35,401 nt of DNA, taken from assembly GCA_025355225.1 (NCBI GenBank), contig JANYAB010000746.1:1-35401 (forward strand). The letters are read 5' to 3'. Position 1 is the first letter of the stretch, and every line of letters begins with the position of its first letter. The translations under genes and the position numbers were made by a program. This document shows, one piece after another, positions 1 through 9,422 of the stretch. The stretch comes from Bacteroidota bacterium. GTDB lineage: Bacteria > Bacteroidota > Bacteroidia > Sphingobacteriales > Sphingobacteriaceae. The notes beneath the pieces are model-generated. The model did not search any database, was not told where the DNA came from, and saw only the letters and a list, made by a program, of their open reading frames with translations.

Positions 1-79
1 CCCCGGTAGGGGAGACTTTAGCTTCGTCGCCGATTAATTCCGAGATTAAGATTCGGAAGTTACTTCAACACATTATCTT

Positions 80-943
80 ATGCATTTTATAAAGGGATTC
101 TCAAAAAAAATCATTCTTAGCTTAATTATCACCTGGTGCGCATGCCTTACTGCTTTCTCACAAAACATTATTGACGCTAATTCAAAGCCAACGGTATTTG
201 TACAGGAGGGGGTTTCTTTACCAAACGATCAGTCTGTAGCAACCTTTATGCCGGACGGCAATACCGTATATATTGCTGCAGGCCAAACCATTTGTTTTTC
301 GAAAATGGTTAATAATAAATGGACCAAACCAACGGTAGCTGCATTTTCGGGGCAATGGAAAGATTGGGACCCGGCCCTCAGCCCGGATGGGAAGCGATTG
401 GTATTCGTGTCAACCCGCCCGTTAGATGATATGCCCCAGAACAAGCCTCAAAAAAATGCCCACCTTTGGTATGTTGATCGTCTTTCGGGAGACGGCTGGT
501 CAAAACCAAAGCACCTGGATGCGCCGGTCAATTTAGAGGGGCTTAATGACTACGGCCCTTCTGTAAGCAGTTCGGGAACAATTTGTTTCTGCTGCCGTGG
601 GCGCGACGGAAACAAAGGAATGGGCGGCTACTACACGAAATGGCTGGGAGATCATTACGACAAACCAAAGCTTCTTTCATTAAACGGCAACAATGAGATA
701 TATGATCCATTTATCGCCCCCGATGAACGCTATATAATATTTGTGAGCAACGGCGACCTTTATATTAGCTATCGTCACGGCAACGACTGGTCCCAGGGTA
801 ACAAATTAGGCCCGCAGGTTAACAATGGCAAAGGTAACAGCGACCCGTATGTTTCGACCGACGGCAAGACACTATATTACTCACAAGATCATGCTCCGGG
901 CATTTTGATGATTCCTATTAACCTGCCGCCATCAGCAAATTGA
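80..943 (+). CDS. Secreted PD40/TolB-like beta-propeller protein
   Basis: N-terminal signal peptide; repeated PD40-like motifs (DWDPALSPDGKRLVFVS, YGPSVSSSG, YDPFIAPDE, SDPYVSTDGKTLYY). Confidence 0.8.
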   Translation: MHFIKGFSKKIILSLIITWCACLTAFSQNIIDANSKPTVFVQEGVSLPNDQSVATFMPDGNTVYIAAGQTICFSKMVNNKWTKPTVAAFSGQWKDWDPALSPDGKRLVFVSTRPLDDMPQNKPQKNAHLWYVDRLSGDGWSKPKHLDAPVNLEGLNDYGPSVSSSGTICFCCRGRDGNKGMGGYYTKWLGDHYDKPKLLSLNGNNEIYDPFIAPDERYIIFVSNGDLYISYRHGNDWSQGNKLGPQVNNGKGNSDPYVSTDGKTLYYSQDHAPGILMIPINLPPSAN

Positions 944-947
944 TATA

Positions 948-1655
948 ATGGATATGGACATTTTAATACTTATCGGCTTGTTGATATTGGGTTTTTTAGT
1001 AAACCTTATTTGGGAGCCTGGTGTTAAATCTGCCAATAGCCTGGCCAGGGCTTATTTGATATGGATAGTCATTTTAGTCGTGGCGGTATGGTTATTCTAT
1101 TTTGCCGGTATAAAAAATGCCATAATATTGAAAATACTTGGCCAGCTCATTCATTACGGCGGATATCTGTCCAACCTGTTATTTGGATTTTTAACTGGTA
1201 ATATGTTGTTTAAACTGTGGTTGATAGATGAGATGCCAAACAACGGGGGCCTCAAAAAAATAGTCCGCACGACTTTATGGGGCACTTCCCTTGCTATAGG
1301 TAACTCATTTATAGTAGCCACGGTCGGCAAGTCGATGAATATGACCTATATGATCGGTTTTTTTCAGCAATCAGGCTATGCAACGTGGTTTCTTTATTTT
1401 ATTATGTCAGCTGAAATTATTGGGGGCTTAGGTGTACTTCTTCATTTCAAACTCCGGACGGGCCCTTTGGCTGCTGTCGGTTTGATGTTGATCATGGTGG
1501 GGGCCGTCTATACCCACTGGCACAACAGCGACCCGCTCTCCGATTCCTATGCCGCTGCGGGCGAGTTTATCAATCTTTCCTTAATCCTCGTCCTCTATTA
1601 TTTTGAAATGAGGGCAAATCCCAAACCGCCTGTTTCAACTATTTACATTGTATAA
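948..1655 (+). CDS. Membrane protein with C-terminal DoxX-like domain
   Basis: Several hydrophobic helices; DoxX-like segment FFQQSGY...AEIIGGLGVLL...LIMVGAVYTH; starts 4 nt after the upstream stop. Confidence 0.65.
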   Translation: MDMDILILIGLLILGFLVNLIWEPGVKSANSLARAYLIWIVILVVAVWLFYFAGIKNAIILKILGQLIHYGGYLSNLLFGFLTGNMLFKLWLIDEMPNNGGLKKIVRTTLWGTSLAIGNSFIVATVGKSMNMTYMIGFFQQSGYATWFLYFIMSAEIIGGLGVLLHFKLRTGPLAAVGLMLIMVGAVYTHWHNSDPLSDSYAAAGEFINLSLILVLYYFEMRANPKPPVSTIYIV

Positions 1656-1738
1656 AATTCCGAAACGAAGGACATCATTATCTTTGCAGCGATTTGCAAA
1701 ATAAACTTTACCGATAACAACAAATGACGATTAAATTC

Positions 1739-1746
1739 TAACTTTG
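1739..1746 (+). promoter_or_regulatory. Bacteroidota sigma-70 -7 element (TAACTTTG)
   Basis: Exact TAnnTTTG match 30 nt upstream of the ATG at 1776; a second match TATCTTTG at 1679-1686. Confidence 0.45.
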
Positions 1747-1775
1747 GCAAATAGCCGTAGCTATTTTTTTAATCC

Positions 1776-2480
1776 ATGCAGATCATCAATTGCCCCACAC
1801 TTGCTGAATTGAACGAACAGGTCTCTGACCTGCTTATTCGTGAAATAAGGCAAAATCCGCAAGCGTTAGTTTGCGCGGCCACAGGTAATTCGCCAACCGG
1901 AATTTATCAGAAACTGGTCGAAAAACAAAGTTCAATAGTTGTTGCAGGTTTAAGTTTTATTAAACTGGATGAATGGTACGGTTTAGGCGCAGACGATGCG
2001 GGTTCCTGCGAATATTATCTCAATACGCACCTGTTAGCACCGTTAAAAGTATCGCCTGATAGATACATCGCATTCGACGGTAAAACTAATGAGCCCATTG
2101 CTGATTGCAAACGCGTTCAACATTTACTGGAAGAACATGGCCCCATTGGCCTTTGCATTTTGGGGTTGGGCCAAAATGGCCATATCGCCTTTAATGAACC
2201 AGCCGATGCTTTACAACCTCATGCACACCTGGCGCAATTGAGTAAAACATCGCTGACGCACACCATGATCAAGGATACGAATACCGAAATTGAACTTGGC
2301 TTCACGCTAGGTATGGCAGATATACTGCAATCGAAAAAAATAATCCTGGTAGTAAACGGCACACATAAGCACGAAATAATGCAACGCCTTACGGAGGAGA
2401 AAGTGAGCACCCAACTGCCTGCTTCTTTCCTTTGGCTGCATCCGGATGTACAATGTTTTTATTGCGAAAGTGATAATTGA
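1776..2480 (+). CDS. agaI: Galactosamine-6-phosphate isomerase / glucosamine-6-phosphate deaminase family protein (AgaI-like)
   Basis: NagB/AgaI motifs CAATGNSP, IKLDEW, LGLGQNGHIAFNEP; C-terminal KVSTQLPASFLWLH resembles AgaI. Confidence 0.75.
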   Translation: MQIINCPTLAELNEQVSDLLIREIRQNPQALVCAATGNSPTGIYQKLVEKQSSIVVAGLSFIKLDEWYGLGADDAGSCEYYLNTHLLAPLKVSPDRYIAFDGKTNEPIADCKRVQHLLEEHGPIGLCILGLGQNGHIAFNEPADALQPHAHLAQLSKTSLTHTMIKDTNTEIELGFTLGMADILQSKKIILVVNGTHKHEIMQRLTEEKVSTQLPASFLWLHPDVQCFYCESDN

Positions 2481-2555
2481 AATAAAAATATCTATACAGG
2501 TTGTCTCAAATTGAGCTTGATAATAGTAAGAATGAAATATTTGTAAAACATCCAA

Positions 2556-2643
2556 CTCTGTGTTTCTCAGTGAAAATCTTTGCGTCCTTTGTGGTTATTT
2601 TTTACCACTGAGATTCACAGAGAAAGACACAAAGGTCACGGAG
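2556..2643. repeat. Intergenic palindromic element of CTCTGTG-like units followed by inverted CACAGAG-like units
   Basis: Left arm ctctgtg, ctcagtg, ctttgcg, ctttgtg; right arm cactgag, cacagag, cacaaag, cacggag; between convergent genes. Confidence 0.7.
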
Positions 2644-2700
2644 GCCAAATGCTATTCTGGTCGCTTTCGTCATTTAATTTTCTCGCGACAAATCTTTGAT

Positions 2701-3522
2701 CTAAAACTTGTGAAACGGTTTTTCAAAGAACTCATCCACCAATTTATTGAAATCATCCCGATGCTGTATTAAAGTGGCATGGCCCGAATTGGGCACAACC
2801 CACAAATAGGCAAGGGGGATACTCTGGTATATTTTTGTGGTGTGTTCTATCGGGATCAGGTCATGGTCTCCGCAAATAATTAGCGACGGGCATTTGATTG
2901 CTTTGAGGGCAGTGAAGGGTATGTTTGGTTGGTCATAATCGAGCATAAATATTTTCCAGTCGTTTTTCTCCTTATCTGTCTTTCGTGCTTTGTCTTTATC
3001 CCGCGCATATTGCTTTACCATATCGTTCCATGTGGATGGAGTAAGCGCGGTTGAATCAGGGGTGAGGTTAGCGCCGGTCGAGGCCAGTTTAATTACTTTT
3101 TCGGGGTGCCGCATAGCCAGTACTAAGGCATTAATGCCTCCGTCACTCCAGCCGATCACATAAGCGGATTTAATATGGATAGCATCCAGCAAGGCCGAGA
3201 AATCATCAGCCATCATTTCAAAACTTAAGGAATCCCGGGTGTCGATCGTTTTGCCATGCGCCCTGCTGTCAACAGCAATAACCCTATACTTCTTTGAAAA
3301 ATAAGGGATGGTGCTGGCAAAGGCTTTTATACTTCCCCCGTTGCCATGTATCAGGAGCAAGGGCGTTCCTTCACCATAAACTTCGGTATACATTTTTATA
3401 CCACGGACAGTGTAGTACTTGCCGGTCTTACTGTTGCTTCCGTAAGGTATCGTATTTGTTTGCCCAAAAACAAGTTGGGTTAACAATGTCAATGCGAATA
3501 AGCTTAAAATTATCTTTTTCAT
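2701..3522 (-). CDS. Secreted alpha/beta fold hydrolase
   Basis: HGNGG oxyanion motif, GWSDGG nucleophile elbow, GDHD acid, SGH histidine; start moved to ATG 3522 (MKKIILSLFAL signal peptide). Confidence 0.85.
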   Translation of the reverse strand: MKKIILSLFALTLLTQLVFGQTNTIPYGSNSKTGKYYTVRGIKMYTEVYGEGTPLLLIHGNGGSIKAFASTIPYFSKKYRVIAVDSRAHGKTIDTRDSLSFEMMADDFSALLDAIHIKSAYVIGWSDGGINALVLAMRHPEKVIKLASTGANLTPDSTALTPSTWNDMVKQYARDKDKARKTDKEKNDWKIFMLDYDQPNIPFTALKAIKCPSLIICGDHDLIPIEHTTKIYQSIPLAYLWVVPNSGHATLIQHRDDFNKLVDEFFEKPFHKF

Positions 3523-3640
3523 GGAGGTAAAAGGTCTGTAAAACGATTTATACGCTAAAGATAGCAAGTTATGTGTCTGAATTTAATATCTTTAGTTACT
3601 AATTATATTTATCCATTAGATTATTTAACCCTTTACGCCA

Positions 3641-6600
3641 TTGAAAAAAATAGTTTTATTTTTTCAATTACTTCTATCCGGCTATAGTATTTACGGGCAA
3701 ACTATTCTTCCGCATTTTGAAACATTAAGCGTGAACGACGGGCTTTCGCAAAGTTCGGTATATTCTATTTTACAAGATCGGGAAGGCTTTATGTGGTTTG
3801 GTACCAGCGATGGATTGAACAGGTACGATGGCGGTGAAATTAAGATATTTAAGTTTTCAGGCGATATAAAAGATTCCTTTAATTCCAATTATGTTGGAAA
3901 AATGTGCGAAGATGCGGACGGCAATATATGGTATAGTAATGAAACAGGTATTTACTATTACGACAGGCTTAATCAAAAAATAGAGCAATCGCGTCCTTTT
4001 TCGAAAACCGAATTCCCAAGTACTTACCTGGACATTGTAACCATAGAAAAAGATGTTATTTACCTCGAAAATATTCTTACCGGCATCGTCGCATACAACA
4101 CTAAAACAAAAGCACTGACAAGGTATTCTTTTCCTAACCAGGTAAATATTTTTAACAGCTATGATCACCCAATCAGCTATCCCGCAACCACGTATGATAA
4201 CAAAATATGGGTGCGTGGTTTATTAACCAAAGGGCTATATATATTTGATCTGGTCTCAAAAAAATTCACACCGTACCTGCTAAATCAACAAATAGCTAAA
4301 ATAGTTTTTGGACAGCATAATAAATACCTGATTAACCCCGACAAGATATATGTGTTGAATGCAAACAATAAATTTATTGATACCATACAATATGCGGAGA
4401 AAGGCAAGTCAACGCACTATTACAATGTGGTTGAGGACAGGTACCAGCATTTGTGGATCATCACTATCAATAACGGAATTATTATGTATGAGCCCGCATC
4501 AAAAAAGTTTTTTTCATACCAGCATGAAAATTCAAAAGAAAATTCATTGCCAATAGACGGAGTAAGGGTAATTTACAATGACAACAATAATAATTTGTGG
4601 ATTGGCACGGACGGGGGCGGGGTATGCCGGTTGGATATTAAGCCAAAAAAGTTCAATCAATTCCCGCTCAACCAGGCTGAATATCCTTTCATGAATGACT
4701 ATTTTACCAAATGTATTTATGATGATGAAAAAGGTAATATCTACTTTGGTTCATTTTCTAACGGGCTTTGTATCTTAAACAAAACAACCGGGGTTCTTAA
4801 ACAATTTAAAAATATTCCGGGTAATAGCGGCAGCATTCATGCTAATACGGTGAGCGCCATTTTTGGCGATGCTGACAACAATATCTGGGTTGCAAGTTCA
4901 ATGGGGATTTCCATTTTTAAAGACGGTGTTTTCCGCAGAATTCATATTAAAAATATGCCGCTGATTCAGCAGTGGAACAACCTTGTCAATCATTTTTACC
5001 AGCTAAACAACGGCGATGTTGTAGCCGCGGCAAGAAGCGGGATCATCTATTTCAAAAAAAAAGGTGGTAGTATAAAAGGCTATTACAATCTTCAAAAGGG
5101 CTTCGAGATAGCTGATATTGTGGAGGCTGCAGACCACCAAATATGGATAGGCTGTCCGGGCAATGGTTTACAGCACATTGATGTTACTGCGGATACAATT
5201 ATTATACATGAAAAATATTTTCCGGGCAGTAATATCAGGAGCATTCATCTTGATGAAAGAAACCCTGATGTTTTATGGCTATGTACCGTAAAAGGGTTGA
5301 TCCGCTTTTATTGCCGGTCTAAAAAATTCAGAGTTTACGATCAACAGGATGGTATGGCAAACACGTACGTCTATGGTGCGCTTGAGGATGGAATGCACAA
5401 TCTTTGGTTGAGTACGAATTCGGGCATTAGCTATTTTAACAGGAATAATGAAAGTTTTAAAAACTATAATGTGAAGGATGGCTTGCAAAGTAATGAGTTT
5501 AATAGCGGGTCTTATTTCAAATCTGCATCAGGTACTTTGTATTTTGGAGGTATCAAGGGCTTCAACTGGTTTAAACCGTCACCGGTTGTAGCCGATAGAT
5601 CTGCGCCATTATTAGGCATAACAGATGTTTCGATTGATGATGAGTCAATTTTAAGCGAACCTGTTTTTAATGCAACAAGGACGATCAGCTTACCTTCAGG
5701 GAAAAAATCCATGCTCCTCAAATTTGCTGTCCTTGATTACACCCTCCCACAGGCTAATACCATAGAATACAAACTGGACGGCTGGGAAAACAAATGGTTT
5801 AAAACAGAGAACAAAAATATCCGCTATTCTAATTTAACCCCGGGCAAATACACCTTATTGATAAGGGCCATCAATAGTTCGGATGTAAAGAGTGCGGTTG
5901 CAAAGTTCCGGATATTGGTAATGCCGCCATTTTGGAAAACATTCCCTTTTATCGCACTTGTTTTTTTATTGTTCGCCACTGCAATTGTATTGTCAACTAT
6001 TAGCATTTCGCAAAGAAAACTGAAGGCTAAATTGGCTATTTACCAGGGGCAAAAAGAACTGGAAAATGAGCGGCAAAGAATTTCCCGCGAAATGCATGAC
6101 GACATTGGCGCAGGCTTAACGCAGATAACGCTGATGAGCGAATCATTTAACAATCATAGATTAAAGAAGACAAAGGAATTAACTGATATTGCTGAAACCA
6201 GCCGCAAACTTGTTGAGAATATGAGTGAGATAATTTGGAGTATGAACCCCGCTAATAGTACCCTTGACGTTTTTTTTGCGTACCTGCGCGAAAGTCTTTA
6301 TAAGCTGCTTGAATATTCGGGCATGGAATATAAGATCTGTTTACCTGATAATTTTGGAGACATTGTTTTAAATACCGAGCAAAAACGCAATCTGTTACTC
6401 ATCGTAAAAGAAACAGTGCATAATGCTGTTAAATACAGTCGGGCCACCGAAATAATAGTTGAGGCTGAACTAAAAGATAAGGGACTGAAATTTTTAATAA
6501 GTGATAATGGTATTGGTTTCGATACCAATAAACAAACCAATGGAAACGGGTTCAATAATATAAAAAAGCGAATAAGTGATTTGAATGGTGTATTTTCTGC

Positions 6601-6664
6601 TACATCCGTAATTAATAAAGGAAGTAGTTTTACATTTTTAATACCACTAAAATCACATTCCTAA
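3641..6664 (+). CDS. Sensor histidine kinase: periplasmic Reg_prop beta-propellers, Y_Y_Y domain, TM helix, HisKA_3/HATPase
   Basis: TTG start with signal peptide; GLSQSSVYSILQDREGFMWFGT propeller repeats; YKLDGWE...YSNLTPGKY; ERQRISREMHDDIG H-box; KETVHNAVKY N-box; DNGIGFD and GNG G-boxes. Confidence 0.92.
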   Translation: MKKIVLFFQLLLSGYSIYGQTILPHFETLSVNDGLSQSSVYSILQDREGFMWFGTSDGLNRYDGGEIKIFKFSGDIKDSFNSNYVGKMCEDADGNIWYSNETGIYYYDRLNQKIEQSRPFSKTEFPSTYLDIVTIEKDVIYLENILTGIVAYNTKTKALTRYSFPNQVNIFNSYDHPISYPATTYDNKIWVRGLLTKGLYIFDLVSKKFTPYLLNQQIAKIVFGQHNKYLINPDKIYVLNANNKFIDTIQYAEKGKSTHYYNVVEDRYQHLWIITINNGIIMYEPASKKFFSYQHENSKENSLPIDGVRVIYNDNNNNLWIGTDGGGVCRLDIKPKKFNQFPLNQAEYPFMNDYFTKCIYDDEKGNIYFGSFSNGLCILNKTTGVLKQFKNIPGNSGSIHANTVSAIFGDADNNIWVASSMGISIFKDGVFRRIHIKNMPLIQQWNNLVNHFYQLNNGDVVAAARSGIIYFKKKGGSIKGYYNLQKGFEIADIVEAADHQIWIGCPGNGLQHIDVTADTIIIHEKYFPGSNIRSIHLDERNPDVLWLCTVKGLIRFYCRSKKFRVYDQQDGMANTYVYGALEDGMHNLWLSTNSGISYFNRNNESFKNYNVKDGLQSNEFNSGSYFKSASGTLYFGGIKGFNWFKPSPVVADRSAPLLGITDVSIDDESILSEPVFNATRTISLPSGKKSMLLKFAVLDYTLPQANTIEYKLDGWENKWFKTENKNIRYSNLTPGKYTLLIRAINSSDVKSAVAKFRILVMPPFWKTFPFIALVFLLFATAIVLSTISISQRKLKAKLAIYQGQKELENERQRISREMHDDIGAGLTQITLMSESFNNHRLKKTKELTDIAETSRKLVENMSEIIWSMNPANSTLDVFFAYLRESLYKLLEYSGMEYKICLPDNFGDIVLNTEQKRNLLLIVKETVHNAVKYSRATEIIVEAELKDKGLKFLISDNGIGFDTNKQTNGNGFNNIKKRISDLNGVFSATSVINKGSSFTFLIPLKSHS

Positions 6665-6720
6665 TGCCAAAGCTTTGATCCATCTTTACATAGTACATCT
6701 TTTATAATAATTCATTCAAA

Positions 6721-7347
6721 GTGCAAATCCGTTCAATAGCTATAATTGAGGATGATGATAAAGTAAGGAAGTATCTTGCTGAGCAGATACATGTGCAAAT
6801 TAGCGTAGAAGAGTTACGTGTTTTTAAAGATGCCGAATCAGCATTGAAAAGCCTCGCAGCCAACCCGGCTGACATTGCTTTGTTTGATATTCAACTCCCC
6901 GGAATGAACGGTATAGAGTGTATCCGTCGCTTGAAAATAGTGCATCCGAAAATGCAAATGATGGTTCTTACCGTGTATGACAACGTTGACAATATTTTCA
7001 ATGCGTTAAAGGCGGGTGCAACCAGTTATTTATTGAAAACAACCCCTCCGGAAAAAGTTATAGAGGCTATTTATGATGTATACAACGGAGGGTCACCGAT
7101 TAGCAGCCAGATAGCAAGGAAAGTGATAGAGGCTTTTACAAAGGAGAAAGCAAATGATTATTTCCAGGAGTTAAGCAGGCGCGAGCAGGAAATTTTGGAA
7201 CAGCTTGCCAAAGGCTATAGATATAAGGAGATAGCTGATAATCTGTTTGTAAGTATTGAAACAGTAAGAACCCATACCCGGAATATCTACGAAAAACTCC
7301 AGGTAAACTGCCGCATTGATGCCTTAAAGAAGACAGGCCTGTTTTAA
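6721..7347 (+). CDS. NarL/LuxR-family response regulator
   Basis: IIEDD, DIQLPGMNG receiver motifs; C-terminal LSRREQEIL...GYRYKEIADNLFVSIETVRTH LuxR HTH; GTG start. Confidence 0.93.
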   Translation: MQIRSIAIIEDDDKVRKYLAEQIHVQISVEELRVFKDAESALKSLAANPADIALFDIQLPGMNGIECIRRLKIVHPKMQMMVLTVYDNVDNIFNALKAGATSYLLKTTPPEKVIEAIYDVYNGGSPISSQIARKVIEAFTKEKANDYFQELSRREQEILEQLAKGYRYKEIADNLFVSIETVRTHTRNIYEKLQVNCRIDALKKTGLF

Positions 7348-7523
7348 TACTGGTTGCTTGAGCTGACGGGATAACGCCTGAACACGAGTAATTGATCAGT
7401 TTGAAAAACAACTTCTTAATTCACCCAACACAATCGATCTATAGCGACAAAATTACTACTATCATGCGATTGATGCACAATGGTTTAGTTTTCATCTTGC
7501 ATAAAACTTAAATCAAGATCATT

Positions 7524-9161
7524 ATGAAGCATTATTTCTTTTGCGTTGCATTAATCGTATTTACATGCTGTTCGGCTAAGGCACAGCAAAGCCAGGAATC
7601 TGTTCAGCCATTATCCAAAAAGGCGATTAAAGGATTTATTTATGGCATTAATAAAAATGACAAAGGAGATCTGAATATTACCTATAAAATTGCCGGCGAT
7701 AATAAAGCAGATGTCTTTTTTGAGAACTACGCATTCGACAAACAGATCAAATTTATAAGCAGCAGTGATGCTAATGTTCCAAAGGAGGACCGGGAGGATA
7801 GGGTTAAAACAATTATATATGCTACAGTAGGCGGATGTACATCATTTGATATACTGAGCATGAAACTTAAACTGCATAAAAGAGTATTGCAGCAAAGCTG
7901 GAGCCACGAGAAGCAGAAGTATATAACTACTAAAGTTGTTACCGACGAAAATATTAAAGCAAAAAATGATAATGGTAAGGCGTATAAAGGTATAGCCTCT
8001 TATGAATCCTCTGTAGCCGGGGATGAAACTTTTATAATTGCCGCCAATGATAAAAAAGAGAAAAAACAGGCCAATCCTTTTTATATTTTGAAGATTTCGC
8101 CTGATCTGGATATAACTGAAAGAACTATTGATATTTCTGGTAACCAATCATTGGTTTATTGCGACCAGCTTGCCAACGACGATGTGATAATGGTATTTGC
8201 ACCTAAAAAGGGCGAGGGTGACCCATCGGCCTATACCTATCTGCGTTATTCTATTAAAGGCGACCTGATAAATAAAGTTCCCTTTAAAAGCCCCTCAAAT
8301 AATATGCTTATCATCAATATGGAGGAAAAGAATGACGCAGTTTATTTTTGCGCAACCTCCACCAAATCAAAAGAGGCATATAGTGAGGTTTTTGAAGATT
8401 ATGCCTCCATATCAAATCCATGTTTTACAGATGCGCAAAACGACCAGGACTTGCGCTGGGAAAATAAATCAAATGAAAAAATGGAGAAGTTCCATTTGTT
8501 GAAATTCAAAGGCGATCAAATGATCTTCGCTTCAACAGCTTCGGTTTCTGATTTCAAATCGAAATTTAAAGCATCGGGCAAAGGGGCCTCCGCCTATAAA
8601 GGGAATAAGTTTAGTATCAGCAAATTTTTTGTAACAGCAGATGAAGAATTTTTAATTGCCGGTCAGCTTACCGGCCATGCGGTTATAAAAAGCGGTTACG
8701 GCTCTCTCGGAAATACGCCCACAGGATCTTATATGAAGACCTATTTGGACATCATCTGTATGCATTTTGATAAAAATGGCGAGCTTAAAGCGCAATATGG
8801 GGTTGAGCGGTTAAATGACGATAAGAAAAGTGAAATATTTGATATCAGGCAAAATTTCTATTTAGGGTCTGACAAAAAAACACTTTATTGGGAAATGCTG
8901 GAGGTAAAGGGGGCAAAAGGATATTCGGGCTTTATGGACGCTATGAATGGCAACCTTACTTATTTTCCGCACTACTTTCCGAGGATAGCAAAAATTGATT
9001 TGTCGGGCACCAATGTGAGTGATTTCACCGTTTTGGGTAATCAAAAATATTATCTACGAAAAGATTTTACAGGTCTGTTTGACGAAAAAGAAAATAGTAT
9101 TACCTACGTGGGACATGATGAGGATTATAAAAAACTATGGGTGAATAAATATAGTTTTTAA
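7524..9161 (+). CDS. Secreted hypothetical protein (545 aa)
   Basis: Long ORF, signal peptide ending AKA-Q, no family recognised. Confidence 0.75.
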   Translation: MKHYFFCVALIVFTCCSAKAQQSQESVQPLSKKAIKGFIYGINKNDKGDLNITYKIAGDNKADVFFENYAFDKQIKFISSSDANVPKEDREDRVKTIIYATVGGCTSFDILSMKLKLHKRVLQQSWSHEKQKYITTKVVTDENIKAKNDNGKAYKGIASYESSVAGDETFIIAANDKKEKKQANPFYILKISPDLDITERTIDISGNQSLVYCDQLANDDVIMVFAPKKGEGDPSAYTYLRYSIKGDLINKVPFKSPSNNMLIINMEEKNDAVYFCATSTKSKEAYSEVFEDYASISNPCFTDAQNDQDLRWENKSNEKMEKFHLLKFKGDQMIFASTASVSDFKSKFKASGKGASAYKGNKFSISKFFVTADEEFLIAGQLTGHAVIKSGYGSLGNTPTGSYMKTYLDIICMHFDKNGELKAQYGVERLNDDKKSEIFDIRQNFYLGSDKKTLYWEMLEVKGAKGYSGFMDAMNGNLTYFPHYFPRIAKIDLSGTNVSDFTVLGNQKYYLRKDFTGLFDEKENSITYVGHDEDYKKLWVNKYSF

Positions 9162-9185
9162 CTATACTTTTTTCTACATACCATA

Positions 9186-9223
9186 TACAAAGCCCTTGAG
9201 CAATTTGCTGAGGGCTTTTGTAT
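9186..9223 (+). terminator. Intrinsic terminator
   Basis: aaagccct...agggcttt stem followed by T-rich tract, 25 nt after the stop at 9161. Confidence 0.7.
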
Positions 9224-9422
9224 TTTAGGCTTTGTAATTGAGAATGTATGGAGAAGCTATAAACAGAATTTCTACTCCCTTCAATTCCGTCCGGCATCTG
9301 GTTTTAAAAAAATATACTACCTTTAAAAGCAAATAATTCTTAAATAAATTAACTAATAATGATCTCTTCAGGATATTGCAGGCTTCTGTTTTTGGCTTGT
9401 AATAAACTCTAATAGTATACTA

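Noticed and set aside
1-60. ccccggtagggg and ttccga...tcggaa short palindromes at the window start
   Set aside because: Truncated by the window edge; cannot tell a REP-like element from a terminator
2560-2772. 70-aa ORF
   Set aside because: Reads through the palindromic repeat and overlaps the hydrolase 3' end on the opposite strand
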